A DNA stretch of 64,000 nucleotides from Phoronis australis (Eukaryota; Animalia; Phoronida). Each line of letters begins with the position of its first letter. Position 1 is the stretch's first letter. This document shows, piece after piece, positions 1-12,663 of this stretch. The notes under the pieces were generated by a model. That model saw only the letters and a program-made list of their open reading frames with translations. It ran no database searches and was not told the DNA's origin. The stretch covers positions 62,001 through 126,000 of the forward strand of contig NMRA01000753.1 in the NCBI GenBank assembly GCA_002633005.1, in the 5' to 3' direction. Position numbers and translations under genes: made by a program.

Positions 1-13
1 TTGACAGGTGAGT
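1..13 (+). other. Possible 3' end of an upstream exon with 5' splice site
   Basis: CAG|GTGAGT consensus donor (GT at 8-9); only 7 nt of the putative exon are visible. Confidence 0.3.
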
Positions 14-338
14 ACAACAACAACCCATGAAAGAGAAATTCGGGTGTTGGATTTGACAATCTTTATCTAGTTGTATTTTGTGTCCTGTTATTTCTAAAAT
101 AAGACACTCGCTAGTAGTTCAGTTGTAAAATACTTTTTGTAAAACGTATTCTGTAATCGAAAAGACGAAATTCCACTTAATTTAACAAAGCGACAGAAAA
201 TGTGAAATGGAACTCTGGCCACAATGACGGGAATCCCAACTTCGATAGGAGGCAGAGACACAGATCCAGCGCAGAACAAAGATTGCATATAGCAAGAAAC
301 GGTAGTGCAGGTCTTCACTAAACTAACTGCCAGTATGT

Positions 339-789
339 CCAGGGGGTACTCGACCATTTAGTTTTTACGGGGGATGAGGTTGCAACTTGAGAATAAGGGT
401 ACCCATCCCCCATCGAGACTTGAGTCGAAAAAAGGTTTCTATTTATAGAGAGCTTCCATGAAAAAGTCACCCACCTTGTTTAAAACGCCTCCCGATTGTA
501 GGCGTTAATTCCTTGAACTTGAACCTTTCATGGCTATTGGTAAACTGCTGCGTTTTCAAGACAATCATCAAGAAATAAGATACACATTTTGTCAAGAATG
601 AGAAGAGGTCTACATCATTAAAATATAGATAGTAGTGTACACCCTTCTGTAACTTGGTGTCGTTTAAAAAGGGAATCATTTTCAGGGAATTGTGTCACAA
701 AAGACAACCTTTCTAAGGGGTAGTGGTCGTGAAAAAACAGCCATTCTGAGCGGCACCTCTCATTTACATATTGAGAGTATCCGCCCGGG
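339..789. mobile_element. Degenerate MITE with CC(A/G)GGGGGTACTC / GAGTA(T/C)CC..CCGGG ends
   Basis: Left end CCAGGGGGTACTC and right end GAGTATCCGCCCGGG are imperfect inverted repeats; a related short copy lies at about 13729-13882 (CCCGGGGAACTT...GAGTACCCCCG). Confidence 0.45.
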
Positions 790-2652
790 GCTGCATGTCA
801 AACAATATGTGGGAAGGTGAAGGATCTGTGCTGCAACATTCCCTATAACGCGATGATTATACATGCATTATAATATCTACTTCACATGTAATCGTCAACA
901 TGTCCATTATTACATCTTTCTCCAAGGCTAATTCACTATTGTTTAGTAGTGAGTTGGTAAGATTCTGTAGTCACTAGTCCTTCTCAATCTTTGCTATTTA
1001 TTAACTCTGTCAATGAACGAACCTTGACTCGTGCGTTTAGGATTAACAATAATCATAGTTGTTCAATATATCTGTATGAATTCGGATTTTCGTTTCATAA
1101 ACCACATATTTTTAAGACCCTTGATGATAAAATAAACATGTTATGTGCAAGAAGTTAATGGCTGGGTGTTTACATTTTTTTTAAACTGAATGTGTGATTT
1201 TTCACGGAAATCGCTACAACTACGGCAAACGAGAAGTTCATTTTGCTCACGAAATTTGCACTTAGTTTCAATTTATTTTATGAGCTACAAAGGCGTGTTT
1301 GCATGGGATTCTCTGTCAATTACAGCCTTTAACCCTGAGGGGTGGTTGTAAAATTCGAGCATTCGAAGACTTTCACAGGTCGACATGTTCATTTTAATTA
1401 CATAATTCTCTGGGTGAAACAGTATTGCTAATACCAAACTTTTGTAACTAGTACAATGCAAAAATACTAGTCTCGCATGAAAAACGTACGTCTGTGAAAG
1501 CAAAAATTCACATTTTTTGTAAACCTCAATTCCTAGGCTACAAAAAGCCGCTTGCTATTTTACTGCTGCACGTTTTCGTGATCAGTAAAGATTTCTTTAG
1601 TACAGGCTAAGAAAACTGACTTACCTAAGACGAATCTTAAATTCCAATCAGTTTTAAGATAAAACTTTAATTTTTCTCAACCCCGTTTCAAGAAAAATAA
1701 CTTGAATTTGATATAAGTTTTTTACTTAAAATTTGTCTTAATTTTGACTAACTTAACAGATGTGGAAGTTTCAAAAATTGGAAGTTGACACAATATTAGA
1801 CTTAAGTTAAAAATGAGCAGATGTTAGTTTCTTGGGCTATTATTGAAATCAGTAGTATTTGAAAATATTCTTGTTGACAAAGGCAAGTATTGTCCATAAC
1901 TACTGAATCGGTCAAATCATGGAGTGTTTCTCTACAAATCGTGTAATTCCACACTTACGTGACTCCAAGTGCAAACAATGGTGTTCAAAAGTAGCCGCTC
2001 TGGCACACTTCGTCAAGAGACACCAACATCGCTCCAACTCTTATTCAATGTAGGTTAGGCCTATATGAGAAAGAAACAGAATACTAAATTGGTCTTGGTG
2101 ATGTTTTTAAATATGCTAAACGACAGTAAGCGCAACCGATGACATTATATCTCTTGTTAAAGAATATTTTGAGGAAGTTGTCCAATGGTCACGATTTATT
2201 GCATAAAGGGATATATACCTAGCCGGGGAGCAATATAGGCGTTTTCACAACATAATTTGTGTTTGCTTTACGTTAATGAAAGTGCATTTAGGTTAAGGGT
2301 TGCCTGTTTAACATGATATTAATTAAGTTAAATGTGGACGTTTCTAGGTTAGGAATGTTGTTTACGCTAAGGTGACTTTGTTTGGAAATGTATTGATAAT
2401 AAGAGCTGTCTGCTGGACTCATTTTGTATGGAAACATTAAACATGTTAGCATTGATCAAAACTTGACAATTAATCTGTGAACCCGTTGGCTTTCACGACA
2501 TTAACAAGAGAATGTACACGCGCGGCACATCACGACTCGAAGTCAGTGAAAGCAGGATACACCGATAGAGTTGACTTTGCACACAATTTTATATCAAGAT
2601 TTGGGCTTACTTATATGACCCTCAGGATTCGTATCTTCAATAATTTTCTATT

Positions 2653-2840
2653 ATGTTTGAAGACAGCCGTGAGCGAAACTACTACAAGGAAAGAACTATA
2701 TTCAGGCCCCACATGGAGGGGGCCAATGCCAGTAACGTAGCCGATGGAGGCGCTCTGAGAGTTCTGTCTCAAAAAAGATCTAAACACAGGCGAAGAGGTT
2801 CCGAAGAATACGTGGATTTGTGGAGGAAGGTTGTCAACAA
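2653..2840 (+). CDS. Candidate first coding exon of the INF2-like formin (N-terminal extension)
   Basis: ATG at 2653 opens MFEDSRERNYYK...KRSKHRRRGSEEYVDLWRKVVN and ends at AA|GTGAGT (phase 2 donor at 2841), matching the phase 2 acceptor at 33957 (AA+G=Lys). Possible acceptor ...CCCTCAG at 2625. No homology support recalled. Confidence 0.45.
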
Positions 2841-3227
2841 GTGAGTTATCAAATTTCACATATTCATTGAATCACTTGTGTTCCTGTCACTCTTTGGCGG
2901 TGAACCATATATTAAAGATCGTAACATAGATTATCAATTTTTCAAATTTATTGTCGTAGTCATTAATCTGGAAATTTGAGTCAATGAGTTTGCTGGGTCA
3001 CCGAACTTTTTACCTCTTTTTAGGTTTGTTTAATTTGAGTGAACACAACATTCATTGTACTTGTTGATTCCCAATACTTTATACTTCCTTGCAAGGCGAC
3101 AGACGCTTCAGATTCTGCATCATTAGCTTTCATACTTCAGATTTTTTTGAAATCTGTAAAAAAAGAATTTCAATATTAATAATTGAAAGACTTTAATGTC
3201 TTTTCTAAAATCTATTGGTCTATTTAC

Positions 3228-3298
3228 TCGGTGGTGCAGAGGTTAGAGTACTTGACTGGTAATCTAAAGGCTCCTAGTTCGAGCCCAGCTTCCGTCTA
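3228..3298 (+). pseudogene. tRNA-derived SINE-type head with Pol III A and B boxes; not a functional tRNA
   Basis: A-box-like TGGTGCAGAGG, D-stem GTGC/GTAC, anticodon loop CTGGTAA, B-box GTTCGAGCC; acceptor stem is not intact. Confidence 0.65.
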
Positions 3299-3381
3299 GG
3301 AAAAAAGGCGACAAATTGGTCATCATTGACCACCATGGGTTTACCATACACCCATGCTGGTTCTTCCATTAGAACGCTGTA

Positions 3382-3425
3382 ACACCTGAAGATGGACAGA
3401 GAAGTGACTGGCCGAAACATAGTGT
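3382..3425 (+). ncRNA. Minimal type I hammerhead ribozyme motif (slightly degenerate)
   Basis: Stem I ACAC/GTGT; core CTGAAGA (3386-3392); stem II GGACAG/CTGGCC (one mismatch); GAAA (3414-3417), then CATA where CGTH is usual (possible CpG decay). Confidence 0.6.
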
Positions 3426-6400
3426 CAAAGTAAATAGGTTAGACGTTGGTGTAAATAGACCAATAGATTTTACAAGTTATGTTATTACATCACCACCTCA
3501 AAATCGTTTTAAGATGATTATGGAACGTTGTAGACTGATACGGAGATTCAAAAGCAATCAATCAATTGGTTGAGTTACCTCACGTTGACCTGCATACCTT
3601 GAATTCTTCACTGAACAGGTGTCGAGCCCCATCTACACGCTTGTATAAATATTTTTTTATTGTAAAAGGGACTTTCTCGGTGAGGAAAGGTTATTTTACA
3701 GAAATTAGCTGTAGCGAACCCACTGAATATAGCAGAAGAACACGCTGCCACTGAGCACAATCCCAGGCGTTCAATAACAGAGCATTTTAAGCGTGTTTAA
3801 ATGATAAATGCAACACAAACAACGGCAAGAATTAGCACTTAATCACACTGGATCAATTATGTTCAACGGGAATTTGATTTTCGGTAGTTAAAAGGTAAAT
3901 AGAAGTAGCTGAAATAAAGAATGAAAGAGGCCACTCCTGGCCTGACCATGGGCTTTTGCTGGTACAACGCGACTATATCATTGTCAGACCAACCAACCTT
4001 CAGGCCATTGACTGACACACTAATATTACTTCCTTACTGAACCCTCAAGTTTCATTATCCACATCAATATATTTCCATTTCCTTGTCAACCAACAAATGA
4101 TTATTTAGAGTCTTTGTGCACTGACAGAAAGTCCGTGAATTTACCCACCCAAAGAACAAGTTTTATGTAACTTTAACGGAAAGTCCGTATATTTAGACAA
4201 GTATCCACAGAACAAGTTGTTGGACTACATTGCAATGTGACCCACTCATTGAAAGGGGTCCTTCCTCTTAAAGTAATACTATCGGCGAGAAAAGTGGTTT
4301 CCTGATAATAGCACCAGAGTGGACTCGAGGTGGATCCTTTGTTGTCGCAATCGAATGCTGTGCCGACGTACAATGGTTCTACCAGCCTGTTATCAGGATA
4401 ACAAATTGAATACCAAACTTCATTGACCAAAACTAGTCTTTACGAATAATAAAACGTAGTACAGAAACAGTTATGCATCACTGACATGACTGACCTCGAC
4501 ATTCAAATTACAGTGTATTACGAGGTAGTCGCATCTTCGGTTACTTTTGTCAAGACACGATTTTGTACACCGCCCTTGACAATGAAATTAAGTTTTCAAC
4601 CCAATTCTCCACAATAATAGATTGAGCCAACAATAGTTTAATTTGTCATGGATTCTCCTGGGCGCACAGAATGCCCGATGACTCCAGAAAACGAAATGAC
4701 GCAGCAATATTGCTGATTGCAGAGTCCCATAAGTAAAGACTCTCTAGTTTGAATGCACGCCCATTGCAATTGAGCACGTGACTATTAAAAAGTTGACTTA
4801 AAACGATATTTGAAGTCTTCTGCCATTTTTCATTGTCTGTCTTACGAAATAATTTCAACTAGTTTGCATAGGCACCCATAAGTGGTGTTGGACATTTTTC
4901 CTCTGCGGAAAACATACAGGATATATCGCTCTGTTTCTTAATGAAAAAAAATCAACAAAGCTGTGAATGGAGGCAAATATCACATTTACTGTAACTTCAA
5001 AACCATTTAAGGTTATCTCAAACCTTGCTTAGCTTCCTCCATTCTAACTCGTATATAAAAATATAGGCTTTGTCAACTAGTAAAAGAATATATTTCCGAA
5101 AGAAAAAAGATCAGGGATTATAAAAATATATCTTGTATTTATGTGCCATAGTTAGATGAGTATTTTTATGATTTCCCCCACAGGCACACTGTCCATCGCT
5201 CTGCACCGCATTTGAATCAGTATTTGTTCATGTTCTTAGAGCATTGACCTCTCTGTGAATTTGATCTAATGTTACAATAAATGGGTTTGTTTTGTATTTG
5301 GAGCTTGAATATCTAAAAGTTTGGATGATTTATACAAAGGTATCGATGAACAAAGAATGGTCGTTGTATTTTGTAAATTAACACTGCGATCACATTGACA
5401 GTGTGTGAAATGTGACGTCATCTAAAGGTTTTAGCACATTGTCATAATTACACACAGGCATGAGAAACAAATGTAAATATTTGCCATCGTCTATTCACAA
5501 TACGGGTTTTCCCGTGCATCATTGCAGTACCAATTAAGGGCGGGAAAGTGGCAACACCATTTTTAATGTTTGTGTCCATAGAACTGACATGGTTATAGGT
5601 ATTTATCAAAAAATAAAACTAATGAATGAAATAAGTATTGGCAGTCATCAGCAAGTTTTATGAAAATCTGTATCACCGATTTCGATGTGCAGGCGTTTGA
5701 GTCTGACAGGCATTACGTTCGGACATCCTGTACAGCATAACATGGTCTATGAGAATGAGATCCATAGTGAGTGAAATTCATCATTTATCATGAACTCGAA
5801 TCGGCGCCTTTCATGTAAGTTACAGGTGAAATGGAAACGATAGGCGGGGAAAGTGTATAATGCTTGACGAAGTTATAATAGGTTTCTTTTGCGGTCACTG
5901 CTGCGCTACAGTTGGTTTTTCTAAAACATCAATCAAATATATCAACTGTGTCGATATTAGTGTCCCATGAGACGAGGATTGTAGTTTGAACGATGTCTCT
6001 TACAAAACTAAAAAGAACACCGTCTTTAATTCAAACTGAGCTTATCATTGAGCCTCCAACTTTCTTTCTTTTTTTCGTACATTTGTACATGGAGTACAAC
6101 ACGAACTATTCAGCATAAAACAGTTGAATCATATTTTAACCTCTAGCATTGTACAAGCAAGCTTTCATCTCACACCTTTAATTAATTGACCAGCGTCTAT
6201 TTTCCACGCCCCGCAAAAGAACACAGTGACCGAGTAATTCTTTGGTCAAGCAATAAGCAAACAATGAACGATTGTGCTCTGACCCTCGGTAAACACTACA
6301 GGGTTAAATCTGGCGAAATATTCCTTAGCAAGGTTACAGTCGCGAGTCTCGATCTCAACCACTGTAAAGGCCGATCTTTGGAAGGAGGGGAAGGCCTGCC

Positions 6401-9400
6401 GCCCTCCATGCATGACCAAAACAAAAAAAGAACAAAAACCAATCGCCATTTTAGGATTAGCTTAAAGTCGAGGCCTAGTCCCACTGGAGGCATGCTAGAC
6501 CCGCAAATGTCCACGTGCAATGATTTAACATACAGTGCGCAACAGTGTTCTTTTCAAATATGTATTGAGACCCTTTTAAGCTACGTATTGTGACCCTTCT
6601 AGACTTACTTCCTGAACAACTGTCAATGGAGCAGTAGATTAGGGTAGTTCAAATTCAAAATCCGATCTGTGGTGAAGATATTTTCTTGGACTGAACAGTC
6701 AAAAACAAGTTATGGCATTGTGCAACGTGGTTTCGCCAACGAGCGGTTTTCCTAGCTTTACAAGAGAGGAACAAACTGATAGCGTTGTAAGCCCAGTAGG
6801 TACTGTCACTTCAATAGTGAAAGCAAGAGCGGGTCACAGTAATTACCAAGCTAAAGCACAATTAAGTACTTATGTTACTCCTAGACAATGGCGCAAATTT
6901 TAGGAAGTGGATCAAATCCAGACTCAATCATTACTGTCAAAATTAACATACCCTTTGTATATGTGATGGACGGTGTATGTTTAAGGGGCATGTATTTGAT
7001 GATTTAATATAGTACATGATTGTATTACAAGTCAATTTAAATGTTGTCGCCATAGTGACGAAGTGTTTACTTTTGGCCTGTTTTGTTGGATAAACTTGTG
7101 TCTAATACTTCATTAATTGTATCGCCTTTGTGTAATAAAATCTCAAAAAGCATTCATAAATTCATAGCAAAACAACGGTATCAATAACATGACCAAATTT
7201 CATTTGAAATAGATGAAATCCCAAAAACAGCCCCTCGTGCAATGGTGGAACATATTAAAAATTGTGAAACCGGTACGTTCACAGACTCGTGTTTAAATGA
7301 TTTTGCACCCTTATTAGGTGGAATTGTAAGCTTGAGTGACATTAAGGGGTTATATGTTTTTGAGTGCGAATTTTGTGACCTCCCTAATGCCGTTCTAGCC
7401 CTCACGCTGTTACTATTTTTGTGACACGCGAATGCGACATACTTGCCTCAGTTTACCAGTACGAAAGCGTGTAGTAAGGACCTGCACATATCCCTCCTTA
7501 CAGCTCCCTGCAAAACCTCACAACACCCATACAAGAATCCCAACACTCCAAAAACTTACAGCATCTTACAACACTCTACGGAGGAATCGTAACACTACCA
7601 AAAACTTACAACACGTCAGAAAACTCAACATTCCAGAAAAATTAAATCTAAACACACACCCCGCTTCTCAAATAGATGGCGCTGCCATAGCAGTCCTGGG
7701 CTGCGTTCCGCAACGCATACACTTTCCATTAGGCGTGTTTAGCATGATGACATTTTGGCGGAGGTCATTATTACGGTTTTGACCCAGTGTGACGGCATGC
7801 CTATTCGTATTTCCGGGTCTAAATTGCGTCATCTACTGTCATGACACGTCATCACTAAACATTCGAATAGAGAAGCTAGTGTGACCAATGAGCTATATTT
7901 GTCTCAGAGTGTAACCACGTGCTTCGCAGCACCACTGTGACAGCAGAGACTAGATGGCCTATCATTGGTCGTAATTAATTAATTATCTTAGCAACGAAGA
8001 CTGGCCTTCCTAACAATTGCAAGGACACAGGCTGATCCCATCCAAACACGGAACACATTCACGAACTTTATTGTACTCTCAGCGTGCACAAAGCCGACTG
8101 TACGCTGGAACCAGGCTGAAACGAGCTTACAACGAATATATTTGCGTGATCAAATGTTGTTCTCAAAAAGTACAAGTATAAACATGGACTTGCTCAGAGG
8201 ACTCCGCCTCGCAGTCCGGCCTGTTTCTCGAAGAGTCTGTGGTCAAAAGTCGATTCTTTGGTGTTTTGACTTAGGCTTTTAGTCTGCTACAAGCTATTGG
8301 CTTTCAATTGTAGAAAGGTTTTCTGACTTTTTGCCTTAGCCTCATTTCGTGAAACTAGCCGGCGGTCTAGTTGAACCTGCAACGTTGTTTTCTGTAATTT
8401 TTTTGGAGATTTGTTCGACGTAGTGAGGAGAACAAATTTCAACCTTGACCATTTTTTATACGTCACGATGGCAACATCCGCCATCTTGAATTTCGCCCAA
8501 TTTCCATCTGCTGTAGGATCCTGCAATGTATCATGCCTAATGTTTTCTAGGAGGTAGGGTAGATTTCTGGTATTATTTTTGAGTGAAGGGAAAATCAAAG
8601 TTAACTGAGAGGTCAAAGGTCAAATTGATAAAAATCAACCTCTTTTCAAGGTAGCAGAGTGCACGAGAAATGCTAAATCACCATCTTTTAATGATGCTAA
8701 GGATTAGAGGTCCCAAATATCCTACTGGAATTAGATATCCTCAGTCCCATAGCCTCAATAATAACAAGACACAATATCACGTGTTTTTTGTGAATAGAGA
8801 TGTGTGTATGCATGTAATCTGTACATGTTACCGTAGAGTGCATACGTCTGTAGTTTTCACATGCTACATGGAGGCCTATTATATTCGTGTTCAGTTATAT
8901 TATTGTAAGTGAAATGTCAAATACTGGACCCAGATCTTACCAAATCTCAATAAACGGAGTCGCAATATTGAGCGACCCTCATATGTAGGCCTACCTTTGT
9001 TTTGCTGGTCAGTGGTAAGTAATAGCAGTTAACATTAATTTATATTCAAATTCAATATGCATATGTATAGTAAAAAATATTAAGGGGGTTGTGCGTGTTT
9101 GAATTTGGATTTCTACTATCTGTATTTCAATGTAATATTAGTGACACTTGCATAGTCGTCATTAACATGTGCTTGTCTTTTACCGTCTTAAATGTCTAAT
9201 TTGCTGGTGCACCACATGCAGCAGAACATCCCAGCCTTTCACTCGTAAAAGTCCGTGCAGGACAGGCCAGCACTGATGAAACTGCAGCGTATGTCGATGC
9301 ATGCCTGTCTTTATGCACAACAGCTGTTACTAAATACGTCAGATAGAATTTGGCGTGCAACAGGTTCTGCTGAAGTTAGGCTAGTGTTAAGGCAGAGCTG

Positions 9401-10759
9401 GCATCCGAAGTTGGCATTTCGTTTATCTTTACGGTTGATGTCGATGGCTTTCCACTGCAGCATTGAAAGGTATGCTCAAAGCATGTGCAAGTGGACGTCG
9501 GCATCCGTTCATTTGGTGGCATTTGTTGGAGACAACTTTGTGATGCACGCAGCTTGACATTGAATGAATTTCGAGAAGTTGGTTTCACTTGGTGGGGCCT
9601 AATCTCTGAAAAGTTTCGTTTATGTCCGAAATTCTGCCGCTCCACTTCTCCGTTTGAATCTTGGCGTCAACAGGCACCTGTTACGTTCAATAAGCCAAGA
9701 GCACAAAGACCTTCAGTGTTACCACTGAGGACTCTGATGGTGTGAGCGCCTTCTTCCACCGACTTTCAGTTCAACTATAATCTATCTACAAAATGTGACG
9801 TCTGCTTCAGTGTGGGAAACAACACAGTGTCTCTAGCTCAGTGCTGTGTGGAAAATAACTGCATGGGTACGCAGAGGGTTATTCTATAGAACTTTGCTTT
9901 TGTCATTGTTAAGAGTAGTTTCTCGGTAAAGAAGCGGTATTTGGGGTTAGCAGTGCTTCTTTATCTTTTCCTCGCCGTATCCTCTCCTGGTCTAGTGTAC
10001 GGGTATCGTTGTGCTGTATTCATAACAAAACACTGAAATAAAGAACATGACCAACTTTCATTTAATATGGGTGCTATGGGAGATGAAACAACATTACATT
10101 ACATTTTTCTAATAGTTTCGTTACTGGTTCATACAACCTTTTTTCATAAAAATCGTAAAGTCGATCCTATATTTGATAGTCCATCATGCAAAAGTGGAAC
10201 ATTTTAAAAACAATTCCCAACAAAATTTTGGAAAACCGCGCATCAGGCACAGTATCTGAAAGTTTCATATGAATCCGATCAGCCATTTCTGAGATATGAC
10301 GTTACGAAGTTGGCCAGATTGGGACATTTTGTAGGGTCCTACATAATCTGACAATTTTAATGGACGTCGGAGATCATATCGTTACCAGGTGTGTGGTGTC
10401 TTGCTTTCTTGAAGTTTATGTTTTATTGTGAACGCTATTGTTCCAGCTCTCTTTTGACGTCTGCAGCCATGACTCACAACCTAATGAATGTTGCCCCAGC
10501 CAAGTGTTCAGAGAGTTGGTCTGTTCATGGCATGAGGGGTGGGGGGGGGGGGGTNTATGTTGTAAGCTGAGCTGAATCGTAGAATAACGGAGGCTATAAA
10601 GCGGGTTCCATCACATCAAGTTATGATTTAGACCGCTTACCGCTATGAGTCGTCAGTAATGAAATTGTTCTCAACTTGTTTCTTAATCAAATTAGAAGCG
10701 ATTTCTAGGGGTGTTGTGAGTATACTGTGGTAGACGGCGCGACTACTATTAGGCAGCAC

Positions 10760-11460
10760 GTAGCCCCTCGGTTCGCCATTTAGGGGCTACAATACTTCCA
10801 TTCGCTTTCTGTAGGCATTTCGTTACATGTATTTTAAACGGGCGGTAACCCAAATCCGGTCACCGATTTTGAGTTTTCACCTCGTCAAAAATACATTCCA
10901 CACTTAAAACTATCATTTAAAAAAGCGCTTACTTTCATTATTGGTCCTTTCTACTTCTATACACATCTTCGATGAAGCTTAGTTGTGAGAATTAAGTTGA
11001 CTTTGGCGAAGAATTCCAACTCCACTTTTTTGGTTGCTGTTTACTTTTTCACCGCGTGCACGATAACCACAAAGTATGTCAACTGAGTCACGTGAGTTAG
11101 GCAAATGCTAGCGCGAGACTGAGCGAAGCGCGTGACAATCCGCGTGACACTTGCAAAATAGCATTGAGAAGTTATCAGGTGAAATTTCTAAGATTTGTGT
11201 CCCTTGGACTTTTTATTCATCAACATGCGTGATTTCACGTAACTTCCTCAAAATGGCACCCGGTAGGAGAAACTCGAGCAACCGCGACAGATTTTCATCG
11301 ATTTGTTCAAATTATCTTGACTGAATCGTTTTCAGACTTATGGTATGAGTTGTTTTTAACTCCATGTGCATGCATTTTTCATTCGATTTTATTTGCTATA
11401 TTTTGAAATGAGTGGGGATGTACTAACGCCCCTGTATGCCTACAGCATTCAGGGCGATGT
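10760..11460 (+). mobile_element. Dispersed repeat family A, copy 1 (hairpin-ended, Helentron/Helitron2-like non-autonomous element)
   Basis: Aligns by eye with 20477-21146 (inverted) and 28256-28749, e.g. shared GACTTTGGCGAAGAATTCCAACTCCA; terminal hairpin GTAGCCCCT-N13-AGGGGCTAC. Confidence 0.75.
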
Positions 11461-12663
11461 AATTGCCTAGGCTACTACATGCCTTCATTTTTTAAATTTT
11501 TGTGACATTCAAACGAAACCACCTCCAGAGCTTTAATTTTCAGGTCTGCTCCACGGCCCAGACGCCCCCAGGTCAAGTTCAGTCCCAGCCTCCGTTGCGC
11601 AATTTGACTTGAGCATTGATTCCAGAAATAAGTAATAAAACCAACACAATAGAGACTCAGCAGGCCAGACCGTGGATCAGACACAAAGTGTCTGCAGTCG
11701 TGCGCCATCCTTATTGCGTCACACTCTCGGCAGCGCCATCTTCAATTATTTCATTCAAGTTTTAGGTTGGAACCCCGCGTTTTGTCTTTAATACGTCGCG
11801 TTAGCGTTCATAATTAGTAATTTCACATGACAAAATAATGGACCATGTCGAGTTCATCGGGTTAATTCAACGGTGATCTTCAATCTGGAAGAACACTGCA
11901 ATAAATGGAAGCTTCAAAAACAAAAGTGGAAGTCTTCAGAAAGGAGATTATGATCAATTATGGAAATTAGTAGGTGAAACGTACAAACGACGTCAGAGTA
12001 TACTTACTTGGTTATTAACGTTACTTCTACAGTTGTATTTACGAAATTACACAAAACACTAGCTGTCAAAGCGTCAAAGGTTATCTTTGTACTAAAACTC
12101 CATGACTAATAATACGAACCATCCCTGTTCAAGAGAGGTTAGTTGGACACTAACTTACCCATTACGTTGTATAGGTCTGAGATTTTGGGGGTTACTTCCT
12201 GCGAAAGACGCTGAAATAGTATATAATTATATAATAAAGTTTGTAAATTTCTCGTGAGACTTAACCAGCATCTGTCTCACGGCTCCAAACTGAGAGGAGA
12301 GCTTCTTGGTAGAGCGACAAATGGGGGTAGCCTACATCTACCATACGAATTGTTCAAAACTGCTTTTAAGACGGCAATCCAAATGCTAATCGTTATGTTG
12401 GTGAATGTTAGGCCTATAGTGTGTAATATGAAATGGCGGAGCAAAATAAGTGTTACTGGGAGCTAAATGCCACACGACTGTGTTTGGGTTTTGTGTAGTT
12501 TTGGTACAACAATTAAGGTGTAGGAAATGCCGACACATTCATAACACTGAGTGAATATCAACAACGGCAATGCCCTTTGTGGGTAGATGTTACCAGAAAA
12601 ACACTTTCTTCTAGAGTGTAATTTATATTCAAATTTACGAAGGCAAATTTTACCTAGATTTGG

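Larger units (their letters stand above)
3206..3472 (+). mobile_element. Non-autonomous cassette: 22-bp inverted repeat + tRNA-like head + hammerhead motif
   Basis: TAAAATCTATTGGTCTATTTAC (3206-3227) is the exact reverse complement of 3451-3472; tRNA-like segment 3228-3298 and hammerhead core 3382-3425 lie between them. Confidence 0.7.

Noticed and set aside
9200-9750. Overlapping ORFs suggesting a decayed LINE or gene fragment (also 6690-6960, 42926-43180, 46484-46756)
   Set aside because: No RT, endonuclease or other motif could be recognised with confidence; needs BLASTX.
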